In this document: in pieces, positions 18,744-27,303 of the stretch
Layout: every line of letters starts with the position of its first letter
How positions within the stretch are numbered: position 1 is the first letter of the stretch
IMG/VR virus record: IMGVR_UViG_3300016467_000246
Span: 1-29,920 of that record
Origin: a virus
Lineage: Duplodnaviria; Caudoviricetes
Reading direction: 5' to 3' (one strand)
DNA: 29,920 bases
Made by a program: the position numbers and the translations under genes
Notes under the pieces: generated by a model
Databases searched by the model: none
What the model saw: only the letters and a program-made list of their open reading frames with translations
Told to the model about the DNA's origin: nothing

Positions 18744-19538
18744 ATGCGTATTGGAATTATTGGAAGTGGTTTTGTCGGCTCTGCGGTTGCTCATGCTCAC
18801 AGCAACGATCAAATTATAATCAATGATCCCAAGCATCCTAAAAGCAGTCCTTTGACAGAATTTGTTAACTGCGATGCTATTTTTATTTGTGTCCCAAGCC
18901 CTAGCACACAAGACGGCCATTGTGACACAAGCATTTTAGAAGATGTTCTCAAACAACTTTTGTTTGTAAACATATCAACTCAGATTCCAATAATATCTAA
19001 AGTTACTGCACCTCCTAGTGTGTATGCAAGGTTACAAGAGCAGTATCCTAATCTTGTACACGCACCCGAGTTCCTTACAGCTAAGAATGCTATGTGGGAT
19101 TACAAATATGGAAAGTTTGCTATAGTAGGTGGCAATACTGAATGGTCAATTCGTGCTATGAAAATTATTGCCACGGGTCTAGTAGAAATTAGAGAAGGCG
19201 ATATTATACTAACTGATATAAAGACTGCAAGTTTTTACAAATATCTAATGAACAGTTACCTAGCTATGAAGGTAACATTTATGAATGATTTTTTTGAACT
19301 TGCGTCGTCGCATAGTTTGAACTGGGAAGAGATTCGGGCTATGCTAAGGAAAGACTCTCGAATAGGAGAGTCGCATACTACAGTACCGGGACCGGACGGT
19401 CAATACGGTTGGGGTGGATTTTGTTTCCCTAAAGACGTTGCGGCCATATGCGAGGAAGCCCTAGACAATGGTCTAGACTTTCCATTGATGCAACAAGTAG
19501 AAATGATCAATAAAAAACACAGGAGAAAAAATGACTAA
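18744..19538 (+). CDS. ugd: UDP-glucose/GDP-mannose dehydrogenase family protein (short form)
   Basis: GIIGSGFVG Rossmann motif, FICVPSP, PEFL, KYLMNSYLAMKVTFMN, DSRIG and the catalytic GGFCFPKD. Confidence 0.8.
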   Translation: MRIGIIGSGFVGSAVAHAHSNDQIIINDPKHPKSSPLTEFVNCDAIFICVPSPSTQDGHCDTSILEDVLKQLLFVNISTQIPIISKVTAPPSVYARLQEQYPNLVHAPEFLTAKNAMWDYKYGKFAIVGGNTEWSIRAMKIIATGLVEIREGDIILTDIKTASFYKYLMNSYLAMKVTFMNDFFELASSHSLNWEEIRAMLRKDSRIGESHTTVPGPDGQYGWGGFCFPKDVAAICEEALDNGLDFPLMQQVEMINKKHRRKND

Positions 19539-19905
19539 TCCGTTTAGAGATCAAGAAAAATTTATGAGAGCCTGCGATCAGCAGGTTGATAAATTTGATC
19601 TAGATCAATTTTCATTGTATGTAAATTTAATTAAAGAAGAAGTAGAAGAACTAGCACTAGCATTAAACAACAACGATAGTTTAGAAACGTTAGATGCTCT
19701 AACTGATATTTTAGTTGTTACCATTGGTGCCATACACTCAATGGGTGCCGATGCAGAAGGTGCTTGGAAAGAAGTAATGCAAACTAACTTTGCTAAAATT
19801 GATAAAGACACAGGCAAAGTTCGTAAGCGTGAAGATGGCAAGGTCTTAAAACCGCAGGGTTGGACTCCGCCAGATTTGAAAGAATTTTTAAAGAAGAATG
19901 TATAG
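19531..19905 (+). CDS. MazG-like/PRA-PH nucleoside triphosphate pyrophosphohydrolase
   Basis: LIKEEVEEL...ETLDALTDILVV...EVMQTNFAK...REDGKVLKPQGWTPPDL, typical of this all-alpha NTP-PPase subfamily. Confidence 0.8.
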   Translation: MTNPFRDQEKFMRACDQQVDKFDLDQFSLYVNLIKEEVEELALALNNNDSLETLDALTDILVVTIGAIHSMGADAEGAWKEVMQTNFAKIDKDTGKVRKREDGKVLKPQGWTPPDLKEFLKKNV

Positions 19906-20023
19906 AATTTATTTTTATGTTTACAACAATGTACAAACACAGGATTTTCAAACTCTTAACGAAGCGTTTGAATTTTGGCAACGTTTACCATTTGAAACTT
20001 TTAGAGAATTAAGAAAAATATGA
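19898..20023 (+). CDS. Small hypothetical protein (41 aa)
   Basis: MYRIYFYVYNNVQTQDFQTLNEAFEFWQRLPFETFRELRKI* fills the gap and overlaps both neighbours (ATGA coupling at 20020). Below the ORF-track cutoff. Confidence 0.55.
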   Translation: MYRIYFYVYNNVQTQDFQTLNEAFEFWQRLPFETFRELRKI

Positions 20024-20454
20024 GAATTGGATTTACCTGCTCTACCTTTGATCTGTTTCATGCAGGTCATTTGTTTATGCTCGAAGAAGCAAAAAAACAA
20101 TGTGATTATCTGATTGTTGGACTACAAACCGATCCAACTATCGATAGGCCCAACGAAAAGAACAAACCCGTCCAGTCAGTCTTTGAAAGATTCATCCAGG
20201 TTGAAGCCTGTAAATATGTTGACAAAGTCATACCCTATGCTACAGAAAAAGAACTGGTTGATATATTGCTTTCCTATCCTATAGATGTTAGAATATTAGG
20301 AGAGGAATATCAAGAAAAGGACTTTACAGGTGATTATTTAGAAATGGAATTTTATTTCAATAAGCGAAGGCACAGTTTTTCAACAACAGAATTAAGACAA
20401 CGTGTAGTGGCTGCAGAAATTAATAAAGGATTAAAAGATGGAAGTACAACCTAA
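20020..20454 (+). CDS. Cytidylyltransferase (glycerol-3-phosphate cytidylyltransferase TagD-like)
   Basis: TFDLFHAGH (HxGH) motif, YLIVGLQTD, KPVQSVFER, CKYVDKVIPY and C-terminal RRHSFSTTELR. Confidence 0.8.
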   Translation: MRIGFTCSTFDLFHAGHLFMLEEAKKQCDYLIVGLQTDPTIDRPNEKNKPVQSVFERFIQVEACKYVDKVIPYATEKELVDILLSYPIDVRILGEEYQEKDFTGDYLEMEFYFNKRRHSFSTTELRQRVVAAEINKGLKDGSTT

Positions 20455-20605
20455 AGACACAAGCCGGGGACATTTTTATGTCAGCCTTGTAAAAAGCGGT
20501 TTAAGAATTGTTGCAGGGGGAGTGCTTATTGCAGGTAATTTATATTGGGCTGGTGCTCTTATCATTACAGCAGAAATATTAGGAATTGTTGAGGAGTTGG
20601 TATGA
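20438..20605 (+). CDS. Small membrane protein (55 aa)
   Basis: MEVQPKDTSRGHFYVSLVKSGLRIVAGGVLIAGNLYWAGALIITAEILGIVEELV*, with an AAGGA RBS. Not in the ORF track. Confidence 0.65.
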   Translation: MEVQPKDTSRGHFYVSLVKSGLRIVAGGVLIAGNLYWAGALIITAEILGIVEELV

Positions 20606-20730
20606 TGATGTTTATTCTAGGTTTATTAATTGGTGGAAGTCTTGGGGCGTTAGGTATGGCAATGGCCTGTGCCGCAGGACGAGCAGACGAACGTGCTGAG
20701 GCTATGCAAAACAAAACAAATGATCAATAA
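20602..20730 (+). CDS. Small membrane peptide (42 aa)
   Basis: MMMFILGLLIGGSLGALGMAMACAAGRADERAEAMQNKTNDQ*, with a GAGGAG RBS and ATGA coupling to the upstream ORF. Confidence 0.55.
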   Translation: MMMFILGLLIGGSLGALGMAMACAAGRADERAEAMQNKTNDQ

Positions 20731-20798
20731 TAATTACGAACCACCGGAACCCTGCTATATTATAGAAGGTGAATGGGCAAACACAAACGAGGACACAG

Positions 20799-21713
20799 AT
20801 GAAAGAACTATGGGTAGAGAAGTACAGACCGAAGACCATTGATGGTTATGTCTTTAGAGACGATCATCAACGTAAACAAGTAGCAACTTGGATTAAAGAC
20901 AACAGTATTCCTCATCTTTTGTTGAGTGGTGCAGCAGGTATTGGTAAAACCACTTTGGCTAAAATACTAATTCAAGAATTAGGTATAGAAGAGTATGATG
21001 TTTTAGAACTAAACGCATCGCGAACTAACTCAGTTGACGATGTTCGAGATAAAATTACAAGTTTTGTACAGATGATCCCTTTTGGTCCGTTCAAGGTTGT
21101 TTTACTCGACGAAGCTGACTACTTATCGCCTAACGCACAGGCAGCATTACGTGGAGTTATGGAAGAGTATCATGCAACAGCTCGCTTTATTCTTACCTGT
21201 AACTATCCTAATCGTATTATACCTGCTCTACATTCAAGATGTCAAGGATTCCATATCGAACGTACTGATCTTACCGAATTTACTGCTAGGGTCGCCACTA
21301 TCCTTGTTGACGAAAGTGTAGAGTTTGATCTTGATACGTTAGATCTTTATGTAAAAGTTACATATCCAGATTTGCGTAAATGTATCAATCTTGTACAGCA
21401 GAATGTACACGATGATAAACTTTCTCCGCCTAATAAAGGCGATGCAGGAGAAGCAGACTGGAAATTTGATATGGTTGATCTTTTCAAAGCTGGAAAAATT
21501 TCCGAGGCACGTAAATTGCTCTGTGGAAAAATTCGAGCAGAAGAAATGGAAGATGTTTATCGATGGCTCTACGATAATCTTGATATTTTTGGCGAAGAGT
21601 CTAAACAAGATCAAGCTGTTTTGCTTATTAAGGCAGGTTTAGTTGATCATGTTGTTTGTGCAGATCCAGAAATTAATCTTGCAGCCACGTTAATTAAACT
21701 AGCAAGACTTTAA
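20799..21713 (+). CDS. Sliding-clamp loader ATPase subunit (RFC small subunit / T4 gp44-like)
   Basis: LWVEKYRPK, Walker A GAAGIGKT, LELNAS, Walker B LLDEAD, AQAALR, FILTCNY, SRC and PDLRKCIN. ATG at 20799 follows GAGGA. Confidence 0.9.
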   Translation: MKELWVEKYRPKTIDGYVFRDDHQRKQVATWIKDNSIPHLLLSGAAGIGKTTLAKILIQELGIEEYDVLELNASRTNSVDDVRDKITSFVQMIPFGPFKVVLLDEADYLSPNAQAALRGVMEEYHATARFILTCNYPNRIIPALHSRCQGFHIERTDLTEFTARVATILVDESVEFDLDTLDLYVKVTYPDLRKCINLVQQNVHDDKLSPPNKGDAGEADWKFDMVDLFKAGKISEARKLLCGKIRAEEMEDVYRWLYDNLDIFGEESKQDQAVLLIKAGLVDHVVCADPEINLAATLIKLARL

Positions 21714-22192
21714 TGACTGATGAAGAAAAATCAAACTTAGCCAAAGGACGTAACAGTTTTGATGTCAATGTAGGCGGAACCTTGGTACCGTTCTTTAATA
21801 GAAACGTATCAGAGTACCCTACAGAAGCAGGAGGAGCCAAGTTTGATTTAGTCCCTGTTACCAAGCAGAAGGACATTATGATCAATCATGCTAGGATGTA
21901 TGCCCAGCAAGAGTATGATCGTATAATGGAACTTGTCGCAGTATTACAAAAACAAGCCAACGATATTAAGCGTAGATTAGAAATTACAGATGCTGTACAC
22001 GCTGCCGAATATCAATTTAGCCCTGTAATGGGAAACTGTTATTGGATAGTTTGGGACAAACGCAAAGAAAAAACATTGTTAGTGCATAATGGTCCTAGAG
22101 ATTGGAGTACCGGTGCTCCTGAGGATTATGTCTATCAAACACAAGTAAAGTATATGGGCGATCACACATGGATGGAAATCAATGAAGGATAA
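21713..22192 (+). CDS. Hypothetical protein, DUF2452-like
   Basis: Coiled coil followed by AEYQFSPVMGNCYW...GPRDW...DHTW resembles DUF2452 (recalled, not searched). TAATG coupling. Confidence 0.55.
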   Translation: MTDEEKSNLAKGRNSFDVNVGGTLVPFFNRNVSEYPTEAGGAKFDLVPVTKQKDIMINHARMYAQQEYDRIMELVAVLQKQANDIKRRLEITDAVHAAEYQFSPVMGNCYWIVWDKRKEKTLLVHNGPRDWSTGAPEDYVYQTQVKYMGDHTWMEINEG

Positions 22193-22700
22193 GTTTATAA
22201 ATCTATACATGGACTGGGCACGGCGTTGTGCTGACCTTAGTCATGCTCGTAGACTACACGTTGGTGCTGTAATTGTTAAAGATGATACTGTTATTAGTTA
22301 TGGCTACAATGGTATGCCTGCAGGCTGGGATAACAACTGCGAGGACATCGTCTGGGATCCAGGTGCAGGCGGTTGGTTAGATCCGGAAGAGTTCGAAGCA
22401 CAATATCCATATGAGGGCTGGCACGAAGAAGCAGGACGCAATGTTCGGTATGGTTTAAAAACTAAACCTGAGGTATTACATGCCGAATCAAACGCTATTG
22501 CAAAACTGGCAAAGTCTAACAACAGTGGTAGTGGGGCTGATCTGTTTGTTACTCATATGCCTTGTCTCGACTGTGCCAAGCTCATTTATCAGTCTGGCAT
22601 TAGTCGTGTGTGGTATGGTGCTAACTATAGAGATGATTCGGGAATAAAATTCCTCGAAAAGTCCGGGGTAGAAGTAAAACAGATCAAGGAAGAACAATGA
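22182..22700 (+). CDS. dCMP deaminase
   Basis: VGAVIVKD..ISYGYNG, HAESNAI and PCLDCAKLI zinc-binding motifs. Confidence 0.9.
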   Translation: MKDKFINLYMDWARRCADLSHARRLHVGAVIVKDDTVISYGYNGMPAGWDNNCEDIVWDPGAGGWLDPEEFEAQYPYEGWHEEAGRNVRYGLKTKPEVLHAESNAIAKLAKSNNSGSGADLFVTHMPCLDCAKLIYQSGISRVWYGANYRDDSGIKFLEKSGVEVKQIKEEQ

Positions 22701-22939
22701 CCGCACGTTATATGATTGTAACTTATGTTAAGAAACCCAACGGCAAATGGGATGAACTAACAGAGTTTAAAAATAATCTAAGAATGAAACACATACAATC
22801 TGCTAAAGTCATTTTAGACTTTAAAGAGAAAAAATGTGTAGTAAACGGCCTTAACAAAGAAGCCGGCTACGACGATATGCTAGAATTTTATAAAAGGCTG
22901 TTGGGGGATCAGTTGACCCCCCATTTGCCTAAAGATTAA
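22697..22939 (+). CDS. Hypothetical protein
   Basis: 80-aa ORF with ATGA coupling and an AAGGA RBS. Confidence 0.65.
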   Translation: MTARYMIVTYVKKPNGKWDELTEFKNNLRMKHIQSAKVILDFKEKKCVVNGLNKEAGYDDMLEFYKRLLGDQLTPHLPKD

Positions 22940-23670
22940 GTATCTCCGTAAATTGCTAATATCTCCTTTACCGCTTCGTGTCTTTCTACGTCACCCACAG
23001 TGAAGTGACAGATGTCTACATACCTGTGATTTTCAAAGTTATTATATAACTTCAGGAATTCAAGCAACCCGTTATTGCTAGGGCGGTCAGCCTGCTGTAG
23101 ATCTCCAGTAACGACCATCTTTGATCCCTGACCTAGTCGTGTTAGCAGCATTTTCATCTGACTAGGTGTTGCGTTTTGCATTTCATCGGCTATAATAACA
23201 GCATTTTTAAATGTTCGCCCCCTCATGTAGGCTAAAGGACTAGTTTCGATGATTCCCTCCATAACCATGTGTTCTATCTCTTTAGATGAGTAATTTTCGG
23301 CTATAACATCAAAGATAGGCTTGGTCCAAGGCTCCATTTTTTGATTTAGATCCCCGGGTAAAAAGCCATGCTGCTCGTCCACTGAAACCGCTGGTCTTGT
23401 AATAACTATTTTAGTAGCATCGCCGTACTTGAGTTGATCTACAGCCCATTGAACCGCTAGCATAGTTTTGCCCGTGCCGGCTGGACCGGTAGCAAATACG
23501 ATCATCTTTTGAGGATCGTTTAGCTTTAACAGGTAGTTTTCTTGGCTTAGGTTTTTAGGATATAGTTGAACTCGAGGACGTTTTTGATGGGGTTTTTCTA
23601 CTAATTTAATTACATTTGACGCTTCTTGATAGTGATTAGCGTTCAGTACCGCTGCTCTTTTTCTCTTCAT
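22936..23670 (-). CDS. phoH: PhoH-like ATPase
   Basis: GPAGTGKT, KIVITRPAV, GFLPGDLNQKMEPW, LAYMRGRTF, IADEMQNAT, MLLTRLG and VTGDLQQAD, with an AAGGAGG RBS. Confidence 0.92.
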   Translation of the reverse strand: MKRKRAAVLNANHYQEASNVIKLVEKPHQKRPRVQLYPKNLSQENYLLKLNDPQKMIVFATGPAGTGKTMLAVQWAVDQLKYGDATKIVITRPAVSVDEQHGFLPGDLNQKMEPWTKPIFDVIAENYSSKEIEHMVMEGIIETSPLAYMRGRTFKNAVIIADEMQNATPSQMKMLLTRLGQGSKMVVTGDLQQADRPSNNGLLEFLKLYNNFENHRYVDICHFTVGDVERHEAVKEILAIYGDT

Positions 23671-23692
23671 ATAAGGTTAGCCCTCCTTTTAC

Positions 23693-23736
23693 GTGTTAGG
23701 CACGGACCTCAAACCGTTGTGTCCGTAGCCGAACAC
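23693..23736 (-). other. Long imperfect hairpin in the phoH 5' leader
   Basis: Arms GTGTT/AACAC, GGC/GCC and ACGGAC/GTCCGT surround a 13-nt loop. It lies between the TAAATA motif and the RBS. Confidence 0.6.
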
Positions 23737-23741
23737 AAACG

Positions 23742-23797
23742 TATTTAACACGAGCTTTAAAAAGTTATGTGTTATGTTTGAAAACTGTCGATAAATA
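23742..23797. promoter_or_regulatory. Divergent TAAATA motifs (minus 23742-23747; plus 23792-23797)
   Basis: Same back-to-back arrangement as at 331-367. Confidence 0.55.
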
Positions 23798-23812
23798 CAA
23801 TTAGGAGAAATC

Positions 23813-24340
23813 ATGGCTGATATTAAAGATATTATTAAAAACATTGAACAAATCTACGGGTCAAATAACAGCTTAAACCTACTAAAAGACTTTGAGCGTG
23901 TAATAGACGAACTAGATGTCTATGTCTACGAAAACTGGATAGACGGCGAACTTGTAGAAGGTCCCAAAGAAACTCGTTATTTTGTACAATGTACATTCAT
24001 GTGGCCCGAAGATAAAATGCCCGAACCACGCGGCGGCAAAAGATTATTAGACTACGGATGCAGGGTTGAATACGGCCAAGACTCTTTTAACAAAGTTCGT
24101 AAGATTAAAACACCAGACGATATTAGACCTGGAACAAGAAAAGGTAAAATTGATACTGAAAACATTTGGTTAGTTCGTGTAAGTATGCCTAAGAAATTAA
24201 TGAACGATATTAATCGAGGTTATAGAAATCTCGACAAGAATAAAGTAGAAGACATACTCACTATGAATGGTGGAGTCAATGCACAAGTTGAACCAGTTGA
24301 ACAAGGAGCCGCAGATGCAGCAGCACAACCAGCAGCTTAA
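23813..24340 (+). CDS. Hypothetical phage protein
   Basis: 175-aa ORF with a TAGGAG RBS. No recognised family. Confidence 0.75.
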   Translation: MADIKDIIKNIEQIYGSNNSLNLLKDFERVIDELDVYVYENWIDGELVEGPKETRYFVQCTFMWPEDKMPEPRGGKRLLDYGCRVEYGQDSFNKVRKIKTPDDIRPGTRKGKIDTENIWLVRVSMPKKLMNDINRGYRNLDKNKVEDILTMNGGVNAQVEPVEQGAADAAAQPAA

Positions 24341-25055
24341 TGAAGGACTTCGTCCTATGGATCTAAAAGATATGATTCATGACACATTGTCAATTGATAC
24401 TCATAGATCAAAAATGGGCGAAGACCGAGATGTCTGCGTTTTAAGTTTTGTAGTTAAAGATAGAAATCCTGCTAAAGATTTAATGGAATTTATTGAAAAG
24501 GGATACGAGTTTGTCTTAGACGCCGATGTGAGCAGCGGAGAAAATAAAGATGGAGAATATTTTGTTTTTGTTGAATTAAGCAGAACTCCAAAATTATCAG
24601 AACAAATTAAAGACATCGAATACGGTGTAAAAAAATTAACGTCAATTGATGATTTCAAATTCAAATACTACAAAGACATCGAAGTACATGATCTCCAAGA
24701 AGAATTATTATCAAGGATGATTCCTAGCACGCCCGGAGAATATGACGGATTTGTTAATAAAGTTAAAACAGAGAATGTTAAAAAGTTTTTTAGCAAAACA
24801 CTAATGGATGATCTAACACTTGACGGTAACATAATTACAATTCACAAACCTTTTGATCGTCAGGTTAAACTTAAATGGCTTAATGAAGATGACACACAGC
24901 CCGTAGTTGAAGGAGCCATCTCTTTAGATGAAAAATCAACTAGCGAAATTTTTTGGCTTACAAAAGTTCTAGGGGACTATAACATAAACAAATTTGGTGA
25001 TACGTTTATGTTTACCAACAATGATAGAACTATGTTACTACAAAGGATAGAATAA
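24315..25055 (+). CDS. Hypothetical phage protein
   Basis: ATG at 24315 follows AAGGAG and is preferred over the track's start at 24267. Acidic; no recognised family. Confidence 0.7.
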   Translation: MQQHNQQLNEGLRPMDLKDMIHDTLSIDTHRSKMGEDRDVCVLSFVVKDRNPAKDLMEFIEKGYEFVLDADVSSGENKDGEYFVFVELSRTPKLSEQIKDIEYGVKKLTSIDDFKFKYYKDIEVHDLQEELLSRMIPSTPGEYDGFVNKVKTENVKKFFSKTLMDDLTLDGNIITIHKPFDRQVKLKWLNEDDTQPVVEGAISLDEKSTSEIFWLTKVLGDYNINKFGDTFMFTNNDRTMLLQRIE

Positions 25056-25684
25056 TGAGCGGATTCACATTTAATTTTACCAGAGATCAGCTGGCTCAGA
25101 TGATCCCTAAAAACCCTTACATTGATCATTGGTTTGAAGCCTTAAATGAAATACTTCCCGAATATGAAATTAATACTCCTCAGCGTGTAGCAGCTTTCTT
25201 AGCTCAATGTGCTCACGAAAGCGGAGGTTTTGTATTCTTAAAAGAAAACTTAAATTATAAAGCAGCAAGTCTACGCAGAGTGTTTCCGAAGTATTTTACA
25301 GACGACGCAACAGCGGCAGCATATGCCATGCAGCCAGAAAAAATTGCCAACAGAGTTTATGCTAATCGTATGGGCAACGGCGACGAAGCAAGCGGCGACG
25401 GATGGCGTTACTGCGGGCGTGGACTAATTCAACTAACTGGCAAAAACAACTACACATTTTTTGCAGCTAGTTTAGATATTCCAGTTGAAGAAGCTAGTGA
25501 ATATTTACAGACCTTTGAAGGTGCTGTACAGTCGGCCTGTTTCTTTTGGGAACAAAATAAACTTAACCAGTGGGCAGACGCTGGCGATATCCTAACACTA
25601 ACAAAAAGAATTAACGGTGGAACTATTGGCTTAGAGGATAGACAGAAGCATTACAATCACGCTCTGCACATCTTCGGAGTATAA
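25055..25684 (+). CDS. Glycoside hydrolase family 19 endolysin
   Basis: RVAAFLAQCAHESGGF..LKENLNY, IANRVYANRMGN, DGWRYCGRGLIQLTGKNNY, SACFFW and TKRINGGTIGLEDR. Confidence 0.9.
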   Translation: MSGFTFNFTRDQLAQMIPKNPYIDHWFEALNEILPEYEINTPQRVAAFLAQCAHESGGFVFLKENLNYKAASLRRVFPKYFTDDATAAAYAMQPEKIANRVYANRMGNGDEASGDGWRYCGRGLIQLTGKNNYTFFAASLDIPVEEASEYLQTFEGAVQSACFFWEQNKLNQWADAGDILTLTKRINGGTIGLEDRQKHYNHALHIFGV

Positions 25685-25685
25685 A

Positions 25686-26141
25686 ATGTTTTCTTGGTTA
25701 ATAGATGCTGTCCTAAGTTCAATTCCAGCCTGGATGTGGTTGGCAGGGGCTGGGGCAGGTCTTATTGCTTTTTTCTTTGCCAGCATCTTTAGTCATTTTC
25801 CACCACTTAAACCTTATATGATGTTTGTCAAACCTCTTGGCGGTTTGGCAGCACTTGTCTGTGTGTTTATGTATGGCGGTAGTGGTGTACAGGCAATGTG
25901 GGAAGAAAAAGTACGCCTAGCACAAGAAGAAGCTGACCGTAAGGCGGCAATGGCCCAACAACTAAACAAGGATCTAGAAAAAGAACGTAAAAAGAAAGCC
26001 GAAGTACGTGTTGAGTATAGAGATAGAATTCGAACTGAAATTAAAGAAGTTGAAAAAATTATCGATGCTAAATGTGAAGTTGATCCAAAAGCTATTGAAC
26101 TTTTAAACAAGGCTTCTAAGAATCCGGAGAAGGCAAAATGA
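25686..26141 (+). CDS. Inner-membrane spanin (Rz-like)
   Basis: Hydrophobic N-terminus followed by a long coiled coil and a C-terminal Cys. Located between the endolysin and a lipoprotein gene. Confidence 0.65.
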   Translation: MFSWLIDAVLSSIPAWMWLAGAGAGLIAFFFASIFSHFPPLKPYMMFVKPLGGLAALVCVFMYGGSGVQAMWEEKVRLAQEEADRKAAMAQQLNKDLEKERKKKAEVRVEYRDRIRTEIKEVEKIIDAKCEVDPKAIELLNKASKNPEKAK

Positions 26142-26407
26142 AATATCTAATATTGCTTGCTCCTATTTTGTTAACTGGTTGTTTGTTTAAAGATCCTGTA
26201 CCTGTCAAACAAGTATGGCCGGATGTACCTAAAGAATTACTAGAAGCTTGTCCTGATCTTAAACAAATGGATCCGGACAAGAATAAACTAAGTGATATTA
26301 TTACAGTTGTGAGCGAAAATTATGCCACATACTACGACTGCAAATCTAAAGTTGATGATTGGATAGTCTGGTATAAAGGGCAGAAAAAGATCTATGAGGA
26401 AAAATAA
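26138..26407 (+). CDS. Outer-membrane spanin lipoprotein (Rz1-like)
   Basis: Signal peptide with lipobox LLTGC, Pro-rich segment WPDVPKELLEACPDL and a further Cys. 4-nt overlap with the upstream gene. Confidence 0.7.
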   Translation: MKYLILLAPILLTGCLFKDPVPVKQVWPDVPKELLEACPDLKQMDPDKNKLSDIITVVSENYATYYDCKSKVDDWIVWYKGQKKIYEEK

Positions 26408-26695
26408 ATGAGCTTCATTAGAAAACTTGAAGAAGCCGCAGCTAAAAAACTAAGAAGAATATTTCTTGCTGCTGACAAACGAGCAGAATACGCAGCCAAC
26501 GATATTGTAAAATTAGAAAATGAACTAGCATCAGCAAAAGTCAAAGCTGTAGAAGAAGCTAGACTAGCTCTCGAGGCAGCTACTAGAGCAGCAGAAAAAG
26601 CACAAAAAGTTGCACAAGAGCTAATGCTGGAAGTTAGGGCCTGCGAAGAACGTTTAAAGCACCACGAAGAAATATTGGATAAATCCAATAAATAA
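26408..26695 (+). CDS. Ala/Glu/Lys-rich coiled-coil hypothetical protein
   Basis: 95-aa helical ORF directly following the spanin. Confidence 0.6.
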   Translation: MSFIRKLEEAAAKKLRRIFLAADKRAEYAANDIVKLENELASAKVKAVEEARLALEAATRAAEKAQKVAQELMLEVRACEERLKHHEEILDKSNK

Positions 26696-26720
26696 ACATA
26701 GCATTTAAAAGGAGCGATAG

Positions 26721-27284
26721 ATGGCAATTCAAGATACAATTTTAAAAATGATCAATAAGGAACCTAAAGATCCCGATGCTCCTAAGCCGCCAGCAGGATC
26801 ACGTAGTGAAAGAGAAGCAAAGATTAAAGACAAAGCAGGTATGGTTATTTCTGTATTTGCCTTATTCCTAGCAGTTAACAGTTGGTACGGTGGTAAATTA
26901 TCTAGCACAGTATTAAACAATACTCTAGGTGCTAACAATGCTTGGGCACAATATCAAGCAAAGAACAATCGTCTAGTCAGTTACGAGATTGCCAGTAAAA
27001 CAACTAGCGATCCTAAATTAAAAGCAGAATTTAAATCCGAAGCAGAACGTATGGATGCCGATAAAAAAGAAATTGCTGTTAATGCACGTAAAATGGAGCA
27101 CGAACGCGAAGTGGCTAAAAAATCTAGTCCATGGATTGGCTATGCTTCAACTGCTTATCAATTGGCCATTGTTGTTCTATCAGCAAGTATTCTTGCTGTA
27201 AGTATGCCAATGTTTTGGGCGAGTTTTGGTGTAGCAGCCATAGGAGTGGGATTAAGTTTAAACGGATTATTTTTATTCTTTTAA
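26721..27284 (+). CDS. Membrane protein, DUF4337-like
   Basis: TM1, then NNAWAQYQAKN, a coiled coil and two C-terminal TMs (YQLAIVVLSASILAV). Family recalled, not searched. Confidence 0.6.
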   Translation: MAIQDTILKMINKEPKDPDAPKPPAGSRSEREAKIKDKAGMVISVFALFLAVNSWYGGKLSSTVLNNTLGANNAWAQYQAKNNRLVSYEIASKTTSDPKLKAEFKSEAERMDADKKEIAVNARKMEHEREVAKKSSPWIGYASTAYQLAIVVLSASILAVSMPMFWASFGVAAIGVGLSLNGLFLFF

Positions 27285-27303
27285 AAGATAATAGGAGCGA
27301 CAA

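Noticed and set aside
20720-20842. Short ORF MINNNYEPPEPCYIIEGEW... overlapping the clamp-loader start
   Set aside because: About 40 aa, with no clear RBS and a 44-nt overlap with a conserved gene; it cannot be supported, though it is not excluded.
23671-23812. Pho box upstream of phoH
   Set aside because: No tandem 11-bp-spaced CTGTCAT-like repeats; only a single ctgtcg is present.
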